Of a stretch of DNA of 64,000 nucleotides, positions 48,801 to 60,654 are shown one piece after another. The first letter of the stretch is position 1, and the number at the start of each line of letters is the position of its first letter. The notes beneath the pieces were generated by a model. It was given only the letters and a program-made list of their open reading frames with translations. It did no database searches and was not told where the DNA came from. The stretch is taken from assembly GCA_026770705.1 (NCBI GenBank), contig JANJGN010000052.1, positions 3,844,001 to 3,908,000 of the forward strand, given 5' to 3'. The DNA comes from Isurus oxyrinchus (taxonomy: Eukaryota). Made by a program: the position numbers and the translations under genes.

Positions 48801-51239
48801 AGTTCCAGAATTGTTGTGTTTATTCGGCAACAGAATAACAGAGGAAGGTTTCCTCTCTGCCCTCTTCAGCCCCACTGGGAAGGTCAGGATGAGAAGGTTG
48901 GGCTGGGTCCCCTGTACTGGACACTCGCTGAATCTTCCAATGATAGTTCTGGGCTGGATTTCAAAACGCATAGACAAGGATTCAGTGTTCCATCACATTC
49001 TGCCTTTGTCTCTTTTCCTCTCGTTCTCTTTCTCTACCATCCTCTCTCTCTATCTATCTATCTTTCTCCTCATTCTCTCCTGCTTCATCTCTATCACTTT
49101 CTTTCTACTTCTTTGTGTGTCTCTGTCTGTCTCTCTCTCTCACTCTTTCTTTCCTTGTCCTTATCTCTTTCAGTGTCTCCCTCTTTCTCTCTCTCTCTCT
49201 CTCTCTAAATGTGCCCCTCTCTAACAGTTTGGCCCAGTACTCTTATTTCCCTGTTTTACTGGTGTTCCATTTGAAGGTATACAAGACCAGATCAGACCAG
49301 AATGTTTATTTTCCAGTGTTTACTGTGTTTTTTTCATTCTGGGTGTCTCTCGACTCTGTCTGTCCCTCTCTGTCCTTTTATTTCATTCTTTCATGTGATG
49401 TGGACATCACTGCCTAGGCCAGCATTTATTGCCCAACCCTAATTGCCCTTGTTCAGAGGCCACTTTTTAAAAGTGAACCACATTGCTGTGGGTCTGGAGT
49501 CACATGTTGGCCAGACCAGGTAAGGACAGCAGATTTCCCTCCCTAAAGGGCATTTATGACCCAAATACAAGAATCAGCAATGGTTTCCTGGTCATCATCG
49601 GACTTTTAATTCCAGGTTTTTATTGAGTTCAAATTCCACCAACTGCTGTGGTGGGATTCTAACCAGGGTCCCAGGACCATTACGCTGGGTCTCTGGATTA
49701 CTGGTCCAGTGAAAATACCATCAGGCCAACACCTCCCCACTCTTCCCTTCCACCATCTTTCACACTTGTTCTCTCTCTCTCTCACTCTCCTTCTCTCTTC
49801 CCCCTCTCTCAGTCTCTGTCTGTCTCTCAATCTCTCTATCGCTCTCTATCTCCTGGAGGCTCTCTCTCTGACTGTCTCCCTCCCTATATCTGTAACCTCC
49901 TCTCTCTGTCCCTTTCCTCCAGCCCATACAACCGTCCCCATCTCTGTAACCTCCTCCACCTCCCACAACCCTCCCTATATCTGTAACCTCCTCCACAAGC
50001 CCATACAATCCTCCCTATCCCTGTAACAACCTCCAGCCCGACAACACCCCTATACATGTCACCTCCTCTAGCCACTGTAACCCTAATAATCTCCCAAGCC
50101 TCCACCAGCCTTGACAATCCTGCCCATCTCTGTAACATCCTCCAACCACCACAACCCTCCCTATTTCTGTAATCTCTTCCAGTCCCTACAACCCTCCCTA
50201 TCTCTACAACCTGCTCCACCCCCTGCGACTCGCCCTATCTCTGTGTCATCCTCCAGCCCCTACAACCCTCCCTATACCTGTAACCTCCTCCAGCCCCTAC
50301 AACCCTCCCTATCTCTGGAACAGCTTCCAGCACCTACAACCCTCCCTATCTCTGTAACCTCCTCCAGCCCCTACAACACTCCTTATCTCTGTAACCTCCT
50401 CCAGCCCCTACAACCCTCCCTATCTCTGTAACCTCCTCCAGCCCCTGTAACCCTCCCCATCTCTTGAAGGGTTCTCAAAATTTCCAACTGTCAAGGAACC
50501 CTGGGTTGGTGAGCGTGACCCCTGACCTCTCCTAGTGCAATTTAGTTAGGGTTTGGGGGTGGGACAAGGATAAGGGCATTAGTAGCGTGATTCTCCCTCG
50601 TTATGCCGTGTGTTCCCCATTCTTAACTCAGTGTACTTTGTAAGTCTGTATAATCTCAGTGTCATCCTAATGTTAGAAGTTCATTTGTGACTTCAGTAAA
50701 CTCAGTTTTTGTCTTGCACCAAAACCAGTTGTCTGCTGCACTTTGTGACAAGCCCCGAATAAGTCCAAGGTCTAGAACCCAGGGATTGGGAGTGATTCAG
50801 ACGGCTCAGAAGTCGCAGGTGAAGCTGACACACACCACCACACCCTACAAGGGGCTGAATGGCCTCCTCCTGTTCCTGTGTAATGGGCTTCAGTGGCTGA
50901 ATTGCCTCCTCCTGTTCCTGTATAACGGACATAAGTGGCAGAATGGCCTCCTCCTGTTTCTGTGTAACAGTCTTGAGGGGGCTGAATGGCCTTCTCCTGT
51001 TCCTGTGTAACAGTCTCGAGGGGGCTGAATGGGCCTCTTCCTGTTCCTGTGTAACAGGCTCGAGGGGACTGAATGGCCTCCTCCTGTTCCTGTGTAACAG
51101 TCTCGAGGGGGCTGAATGGCCCCCTTCTGTTCCTGTGTAACAGGCTCGACGGGCTGAATGGCCTCCTTCTGCACTGTAAACTTGTTGTGATACTGTAACT
51201 GCCTCTTTGGTTTCATTCAGCTGAATCTTCAGCTCTTCA

Positions 51240-52112
51240 GTCTCTTCCTTGTATCTCTTGCCTTCCTCCTGGAACATTGGACATGGTTGGGTCTTCCCTG
51301 CCAACTGTTTCTTCAGTTTGCTCAGAGCGGCACAGAATTCGCTTTCTTTCTCTTCAGGATTTTCCAGTGGAACCAACTCTGACCTGAGGGACACTTGCAG
51401 CCTGTGAGGATGCTTCAATTCTTCAAACTCATTCCGAGATACACTCTCATATTCCCCCAGCAACTCAGCAACTCCTCCAGTGAAACATTTCAGAGCAGCT
51501 GAGCTTGGTTTTCTGGAACCAGTCTCGGCCCAGAAGACTAGGGCCCTCACCTGTCGCTATGATCACTGGAAGCTGGGCTGTCTGCTGCCTGTAGGACACA
51601 GGTACTGGGATGAGGTCCTTTCCCTGTATGGATTCTCCAGTGTGTGTCTTCAGCTGATCCATTGTTGGCTCTAAATTCAGCGTCTGGGTTCCTTCATTTA
51701 GCTGTTTAAATGTGGGCTCTTCCACCACTGTGTCTGAGGCTCCCGTATCTGCCCCATTACTAGTGGCTGCCCATTCACTTGGGTTGTGATGGTTATAGGT
51801 TCAGTTTTTACCGCTGTGACATTGGACAGGGAATAGACATCGGTATCAGCAGCTTCAGGCTCTGTGATATTATTCACTTCCATCATGTTGGTGCACTGCC
51901 TGATGGGCTGTCTCGATTTCACCCTGCATTGCTTTATTACCCGCCCCTTTCTTGTGGCAGTGATGGCATTCTGCCCCCTTGAACCTGCAGGTGTCCGGTA
52001 CGAGCTCACTCCCCCCCACATCGAGAACAGGCCAACTTCGGAGTTGCTGCTGAAATACTCCCACGAAGCCTTTTAGTTTCTGGAGCGGCAGAGACTGTCT
52101 CTCGCTTGGCGG

Positions 52113-52145
<33 letters not shown>

Positions 52146-52428
52146 GTTTGAGCCTCACGCCTGGTGGTTGGTTCCTGTCCCAGCTGAGGACTGGCGCCAT
52201 GTTGTACATCCTGTAAATCCCGCCAGTCTCTCCCAGCACTTTCCATGCCTGGCGCTATTTCCATGGTGCGCTTCAAATCGATGTCGGCTTCTGCGAGTAA
52301 ACGGCTCTGAATGGCGTTGGGGTGAACGACACAAACCAATCGGCCCCGCAACATGTCATTGAGTGTGTCTCCGAGGTCCCAGTGCTCAGTCACCTGCTTC
52401 CACTTCACTGTATAGGTTGCGATGGACA
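51240..52428 (-). mobile_element. Degenerate Ty3/Gypsy LTR retrotransposon gag-protease remnant
   Basis: LNDMLRGRLVC...IQSRLLAE (gag), CRFKGAECHHCHKKG (Zn knuckle), VNGQPLVM / LKTHTGE / GEGPSLLGRDW (protease region); frameshifted. Confidence 0.8.
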
Positions 52429-53222
52429 CCAATAACTGGACTGTCTCTAGTTCCAATAAGGGGTATCAGCGTGACATCACTATAATGGAAGTGTGTCATG
52501 TGATCCAATCTCAGTTTGACATTTGCTTTGAGCAGAGCACACACTCACAGCTCTGATACCTTCAATCTTTCTCCATATGTATAACTGTTCTCATGCCGAG
52601 TCTTGATAAACAAATCATTAACATTCTCACCAAATCCCCTGTGAGTGATTGGTGTTTTCTGTCTTATACAGTTAATAAGCCTAAGGTATAATATCATTAT
52701 AATGACACGCCATATCTTTGACCCCCCCTCCACCCCTGCTCTTCCCCCCGTAGCCCTTCAAATGTTCCCCCTTCAAGTATTTATCCAATTCCCCTTTTGA
52801 AAGATCCTATTGAATCTGCTTCCACCGCCCTTTCAGGCAGCACCTTCCAGATCACAGCAACTGATTATTATTCATCTGGATAACGGGCAATGAAAAACAC
52901 TCTCTGGATCATAAGGGACAAAGTGACCAGTTACGGAGAGGCACCTGGCGCTTAACACAAGGGAAACAATCACCGACTTCAGGAAAGAACATTGAAGCAA
53001 ATGTTTATCCAGGAGTAATCGTGCAGAGTGAGGAATCTCTGGGTCTCGTGATCATTTACCTGGATACAGGACAATGAAAGGTTCTCTCCGGATCAGAGTG
53101 GACACAGGGATCACTTACAGAGAGGGACCTGGTGCTGATCCCAAGGGAAACATTCACCGACTTAAGGAAAGAAAATTGAAGCAAATGTTTATATTAAAAT
53201 CAAGTTAAATCTTCAGACTTAC

Positions 53223-53319
53223 TTTCTCACACAGATGAAGATGAAGATTCCAGCCAGGAAAACACTCAACATGATCCCAGCCGTGAACAATCCTACTGTC
53301 CATTTACTGGAGTCTCTAC
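53223..53319 (-). CDS. Gene D transmembrane exon
   Basis: Reverse complement of 3441-3537. Confidence 0.9.
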
Positions 53320-55108
53320 CTGTAAAAACAGCCATTAATTACTGCACTACAGGTTTACAATGATGCTCCGATGTATCTCGAGAAGCGATACACTCACTCA
53401 GTGTTTAAATACTCATTCTCGGGCAATGCTGACATTTATTGTCCATCCCTAGTTTCCCCTTGAGAAGGTGGTGGGGAGTCTTCCTCCTGAACCACTGGTT
53501 TGTCCCAAACTGGGAGACCAGTTCAGAGGGCAGGTAAGAGTTAACCATGCTGGTGTCTGAGACTGGAGTCACATCCACATCGAGACATGCTTCCCTCCCT
53601 AAAGGGTATGTAGTCTCTACACATGTAACAACCAACCTCACTGAAATAATCAACTATCAGGTCATTATCACACGGTAGTTTGCGGGATCTTGCTGTGCAC
53701 AAATCAGTACCTGTGTTTCCTACATTACAAAAGTGTGCTCACTTCGATAATGCTTCACTGGCTGTTGAATGTTTAGTAATTTCTAAGCAATTTATGAATA
53801 CAAGTGTTGCATTTCAAAGTAATCCATGTTACATTTATATATAATATTTATCAATTAAAGAATGAGAAGTTCAGCAATTAAAAGGGTTGTTCAGGACAGT
53901 TAGAGAGAGAAAGGTCTTCAAGCACGGAGATTGGAAACGAAGACCTGACAGCCTTGTCCTGACAACCATTGAAGGAGAAACTGAGAGCAAAAACAGAAAG
54001 GGAGAGGAAAAATTGGGTGTGTGGATAACGTGGACTGAGCGAGGATTGAAGAAAACTGGATTAAAAACAACACGATCCCAATGGTTCCACGGAGACCACG
54101 GAGACAACAAACAAACAAATGTATCTCCACACTCACGTTCCACAGTGATGGTTATGAACCCCTCCACTGCTCCATGTTCATTCTCTGCCACACACTGATA
54201 GTCTCCAGTGTCCCTGGATGTAACGTGAGGAATCACCAACCACACCTCATTGTTGGAACTTGTTCTGTTCATTGGGACATTAAGATGTCGCCACGTCAGG
54301 TTAGAAGCTGGGAAGCTCTCGACAGAGCAGATTATCATTGTAGAATTCCCCTCAATTATATTGATCGATGAAGCGTTAATCATATCAAGAGAAGTAAATG
54401 AGAGATTCTGTGGAGCATCTAAGAACAAATCAAGTGTTTAAAAGTGAGCAAGCACAGTTTACAGCAAGACTCCATGCATCATCTCTCTGTATCTGATGTC
54501 TGTATGCATAGCCAGGTCCCTCCACTCCATATAACTTCCATTGACAAATTTATAGTGGGCACTGCCTATGTAAACAGTCAAACTGCAGTTACATTCTCCC
54601 AACAGTAGAGGTGCTGTCCACCTAGAATGGAAGAAACTTTCACATCCTCAGGATATACACAAGGGCTTGACAGGCAATGATTGTATTTGATTGATGGAGC
54701 ACTGAGGGGTAAATCTACAATTCTCTGTTCAGGAGGTTGCTCATCCAATTCAGGGTCTTGTTGATCTGGAGTTTACCTTCCTTCAACACAGAATCAGAGC
54801 TGATACCGAGACTCCAGTGCAGCACTGAGAGAGGACAGGGAACTCACACATGTGTTTGTGTTTGTGTGTTTTAGTGTGTTTGTGTTTCTGCACAAGAGAG
54901 TATGTTTATGTGTGCGTGTGTGTATGTGTTTGTGCATGTGTGCATGTGCCTGTTTGTATACATCTGTGCATGAGTGAGTGTGTGCATGTGTATGTCTATG
55001 TGTGTGCACATGTGACTGTGTGTGTGAGTTGAGTGTGTGTGTGTTTCTGTGTATGTGTTTCAACATGCATCACTGTGTGTGTAAGTGTGCGTGTATGTGT
55101 CTACACAT

Positions 55109-55159
<51 letters not shown>

Positions 55160-57433
55160 TGATGTTGAAGTTTGCAGTAACTCACGTTCCACAGTGATGG
55201 TTATGAACCCCTCCACTGCTCCATGTTCATTCTCTGCCACACACTGATAGTCTCCAGTGTCCCTGGATGTAACGTGAGGAATCACCAACCACAGCTCATT
55301 GTTGGAACTTGTTCTGTTCATTGGGACATTAAGATGTCGCCACGTCAGGTTAGAAGCTGGGAAGCTCTCGACAGAGCAGATTATCACTGCAGAATTCCCC
55401 TCAATTATCTTGATCGATGAAGCGTTAATCATATCAAGAGAAGTAATTGATGGGTTCCGTGGTGCATCTAAATACAAATAAAGGTTTCATTGTGAGCAAA
55501 CACAGTGCACAGCAAGACTCCATGATACATCTCTCTCTATTTGGTGTCTATGTGCATTTCAAGGTTTCTGTCCTGTTTTAAGTTTCTATGTCAACTTTTA
55601 TAATGGTCACTGCCGGCGTTTTTCTTTTTGTACATTCATGGGAAGTGGCTGTATCTATCTAGAGCAGCATTTATTACCCATCCCTAATTGCCCTTGAGGA
55701 GGTGGTGGTGAGTTTTTCACCCCCACAGGATTCCCAGCCTCTGACCGGCTCCTGTAGCCACAGTATTTATGGCCGGTCCAGTTAGTTGTTTGGTTAACAC
55801 CCCCCAGGATGTTGATTGTGGGGGATTCAGTGACCGTAAACTCACTGAACATCAAGGGGAGATGGTTAGATTCTCTCTTGTTGGACATGATCACTGCCTG
55901 GTGCTTGTGTGGTGTGAACATTACTTGTCATTTCTCAGCCCAAGCTGAGTGTTGCTCAGTTCTTGCTGCGTGTGGATATGTAAACTGTCACGCTGTAATT
56001 ACAGCCTTCCACCAGAGGAGACACTGTCGGGCTAGGAGAAAAGAAAATGTCTTTCACATCATCAGGATGTTCACAGGGATTTGACAGTGGAGGAATTGCT
56101 TTAGAATAATGCGGTATTGAGTGATAAACCTACAATTCTCTGTGCAGGGGGCTGCTCGTCCAATACAGGGTCTTGTTCAGCTGATGTCGTCAGTGTTTCA
56201 GAGCAGAATCTGGAGCAACACTCCAGTGCAGCACAGGGAGAACAGACAACTCACACATGTCTGTGTGTGTGTGTGAGCAAGCACACGTGTGATTCTGTAT
56301 GTATGCTTCTGTGTGTGAGCATGCAGGCGTGCACACCTGTGCACATGTGGGATTCCACATGAATGCTTGTTTGTGTGCACGTGTCTGTGTGTGTGTGTTT
56401 GTGTGAGTGTGTGTGTATATATGAGAGTAATGTTGAAGTTTGTGTTAACTCACATTCCACAGTGATGGTTATGAACCCCTCCACTGCTCCATGTTCATTC
56501 TCTGCCACACACTGATAGTCTCCAGTGTCCCTGGATGTAACGTGAGGAATCACCAACCACAGCTCATTGTTGGAACTTGTTCTGTTCATTGGGACATTAA
56601 GATGTTGCCACGTCAGGTTAGAAGCTGGGAAGCTCTTGACAGAGCAGATTATCACTGCAGAATTCCCCTCAATTATATTGATCGATGAAGCATTAATCAT
56701 TTCAAGAGAAGTAAATGAGAGATCCTGTGGTGAATCTAAGAACAAATCAAGTGTTTAATGTGAGCAAGCAAAGTGCACAGCAAGACTCCACGCATCATCT
56801 CTCTGTATCTGATGTCTGTATGCATTGGCAGGTACCGTCCCTCCATATAACTTCCACTGTCAAATTTATAATGGGCACTGCCTATGTAAACAGTCAAACT
56901 GCAGTTACATTCTCCCACCAGTAGAGGTGCTGTCTACCTAGAATGAAAGAAACTTTCACATCCTCAGGATTTTGCCAAGGGATTTACGGGAATGAATTGT
57001 ATTTGATTGATGGAGCACTGAGGGGTAAATCTACAATTCTCTGTTCAGGAGGTTGCTCATCCAATTCAGGGTCTTGATCTGGAGTTTACCTTCCTACAAC
57101 ACAGAATCGGAGCTGATATCGAGACTCCAGTGCGGCACTGAGAGAGTAGCGGGACCTCACGTGTCTGTATGTTTGTGTTTGTGTTTCTGCAGATGTGAGT
57201 GTGTTTGTGTGGGTATGCACACATGTGTCTGTGTGTGCATGTGTGTATGTGTTTGCGCAAATGTGCGTGTGTCTTTGTGTATATTTCTGTGCATAAGTGA
57301 ATGTGTGTACATGTGTATGTGTATGTGTGTGCACGTGTGAGTGTGTGTGTGTGAGTTGAGTGTGTGTATGTTTCTGTGTAGGTTTTTGCACATGTATGAC
57401 TGTGTGTAAATGTGCATGTATGTGCCCCCACAT

Positions 57434-57493
<60 letters not shown>

Positions 57494-59384
57494 AAGATGT
57501 TGAGGTCTGTGTAACTCACGTTCCACAGTGATGGTTATGAACCCATCCACTGCTCCATGTTCATTCTCTGCCACACACTGATAGTCTCCAGTGTCCCTGG
57601 ATGTAACGTGAGGAATCACCAACCACAGCTCATTGTTGGAACTTGTTCTGTTCACTGGGACATTAAGATGTCGCCACATTAGGTTAGAAGCTGGGAAGCT
57701 CTTAACAGAGCAGATTATCACTGCAGGATTCCCCTCAATTATATTGATCGATGAAGCGTTAATCATACCAAGTGATGTAATTGAGACATCCTGTGGTGCA
57801 TCTAAAAACATAGAAAAATTTTAATGTGAGCAAATATAGTGCACAGCAAGACTCCATGCATCATGTCTCTGTATCTGATGTCTGAATGCATTTCCAGGTA
57901 ACTTCCCTCAGGATAAGGTCTTATGGCACATTTATAATTGACACTGCCTATGTAAACTGTCACACTGCAGTTGCATTCTCCCACCAGTAGAGGTGTTGTC
58001 CATTTAGAATGAAAGAAGCTTGCTTTCACATCCTCAGGATTTCGCAAAGGGCTGGACAGGCAATGAATTTTATTTGATCGAGGGAGCATTTAGGGGTAAA
58101 TCTACATTTCTCTGTTCAGGAGGTTGCTCCATCCAATTCAGGGTCTTGTTGATCTGGAGTTTACCTTCCTTCAACACAGAATTGGAGCTGACACCGAGAC
58201 TCCAGTGCAGCACTGAGAGAGGACAGGGAACTCACGCGTGTGTATGTGTGTGTTTGTGTTTCTGCACAAGTGAGCGTGTTTGTGTGTGTATGCACACATG
58301 TGTCTGTGTTTGCACTTGCGCATGTGTCTGTGTGTCTACGTCTGTCCATGAGTGAGAGTATGTGCATGTGTGTGTCTATGTGTGGGCATGAATATGTGTG
58401 TGTTTGAGATGGGTGTGTATTTTCCTGTGTATGTGTTTGTGTGTGTATGACTGTGTGTGTATAATTATGCATGTGTGTGCCTACAGGTGTCTGTCTGGGT
58501 GTGTGTGTGTGTCTGTGTGCGTGTGCGTGTGCGTGTGTGTGTGTGTGTCTGTAGGTGATGTTGAAGTTTGCAGTAACTCACGTTCCACAGTGATGGTTAT
58601 GAATCCCTCCACTGCTCCATGTTCATTCTCTGCCACACACTGATAGTCTCCAGTGTCCCTGGATGTAACGTGAGGGATCACCAACCACAGCTCATTGTTG
58701 GAACTTGTTCTGTTCATTGGGACATTAAGATGTCGCCACGTCAGGTTAGAAGCTGGGAAGCTCTCGACAGAGCAGATTATCACTGCAGAATTCCCCTCAA
58801 TTATATTGATCGATGAAGCATTAATCATTTCAAGAGAAGTAAATGTGAGATTCTGTGGAGCATCTAAGAACAAATCAAGTGTTTAATGTGAGCAAGCAGC
58901 GTGCACAGCAAGAATCCATGCATCATGTCTCTGTATCTGATGTTGGAATGCATTTCCAGGTACCTTCCCTCATGAAAAAATACTGTCACATTTATAATGG
59001 GCACTTCCTCTGTAAACTGTCACACGGCAGTTGCTTTTTCCCACCAGTAGAGTTGCTAACCCTCTAGAATGAAAGAAACATCCTTTAACACTCTCAAGAT
59101 GTCCCCAAAGGCTTGACAGGCAATGAATTGTATTTGATCGATGGAGCACTGAGGGCTAAATCTACATTTCTCTGTTCAGGAGGTTGCTCATCCAATTCAG
59201 GGTCTTGCTGATCTGGAGTTTACCTTCCTTCAGCACAGAATCAGAGCTGATACCAAGACTCCAGTGCAGCACTGAGAGAGGAGAGGCCGCTCATACTTGT
59301 GTGTGTTTGTGTGTGTGTGTGTGTGTACTTCTGCGCAAGTGAGTTTGTATTTGTGTGTATGCGCGTGTCTGTCAGCGCATATGT

Positions 59385-59417
<33 letters not shown>

Positions 59418-60609
59418 TGTGTGTGTATGTCTGTGCTTGAGGGAGTGTGTGTGCATATGTGTCTCTATGTGTGCGCATGAATGATTGTATGTGTGAGTTG
59501 AGTTTGTGTGTGTTTCTGTGTATGTGTTTGAACGTATGTTTGTGTGTAAGCGTGCATGTTTGTGTCTACACATGAGTGTTTTTGCATGTGTGAGTGTGTG
59601 TGTGTGTGAGTGATGTTGAAGTCTGTGTACACTCACATTCCACAGTGATGGTTATGAATCCCTCCACTGCTCCATGTTCATTCTCTGCCACACACTGATA
59701 GTCTCCAGTGTCCCTGGATGTAACGTGAGGAATCACCAACCACAGCTCATTGTTGGAACTTGTTCTGTTCATTGGGACATTAAGATGTCGCCACGTCAGG
59801 TTAGAAGCTGGGAAGCTCTTAACAGAGCAGATTATCACTGCAGGATTCCCCTCAATTATATTGATCGATGAAGCGTTAATCATATCAAGAGAATTAATTG
59901 AGAGATTCAATGGTGCATCTAAATATATGGAAAGATTTTAATGTGAGCAAATATAGTGCACAGCAAGACTCCATGCATCATGTCTCTGTATCTGATGTCT
60001 GAATGCATTTCCAGGTAACTTCCCTCAGGATAAGGTCTTATGGCACATTTATAATTGACACTGCCTATGTAAACTGTCACACTGCAGTTGCATTCTCCCA
60101 CCAGTAGAGGTGTTGTCCATTTAGAATGAAAGAAGCTTGCTTTCACATCCTCAGGATTTCGCAAAGGGCTGGACAGGCAATGAATTGTATTTGATTGATG
60201 GAGCACTTAGGGGTAAATCTACAATTCGCTGTTCAGGAGGTTGCTCATCCAATTCAGGGTATTGTTGATCTGGCGTTTACCTTCCTTCAACACAGAATTG
60301 GAGCTGACACCGAGACTCCAGTGCAGCCCTGAGAGAGGAGAGGGAGCTCACGCGTGTGTATGTGTGTGTCTGTGTTTGCTTTTCTGCACAGGTGAGTGTG
60401 CTTGTGTGTGTATGCACACCTGTATCTGTGTGTGCGCATGCACGCGTTTCTGTGTGTCTACGTCTGTCCATGAGTGAGTGAATGTGCATGTGTGTGTCTA
60501 TGTTTGGGCATGAATATGTGTGTGTGATTGAGATGGGTGTGTATTTTCCTGTGTATGTGTTTGTACGTGTATGAATGTGTGTATATAATTATGCATGTGT
60601 ATGCTTACA

Positions 60610-60654
<45 letters not shown>

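Noticed and set aside
50702-51550. 282-aa minus-strand ORF
   Set aside because: Chimera of Gypsy remnant and the ~42-bp minisatellite.
45172-53223. Siglec D-hepcidin fusion by splicing the TM exon to hepcidin exon 2 or 3
   Set aside because: The TM donor is phase 2 and the hepcidin exons are phase 0; joining to exon 2 gives KLTLL*. No in-frame fusion.
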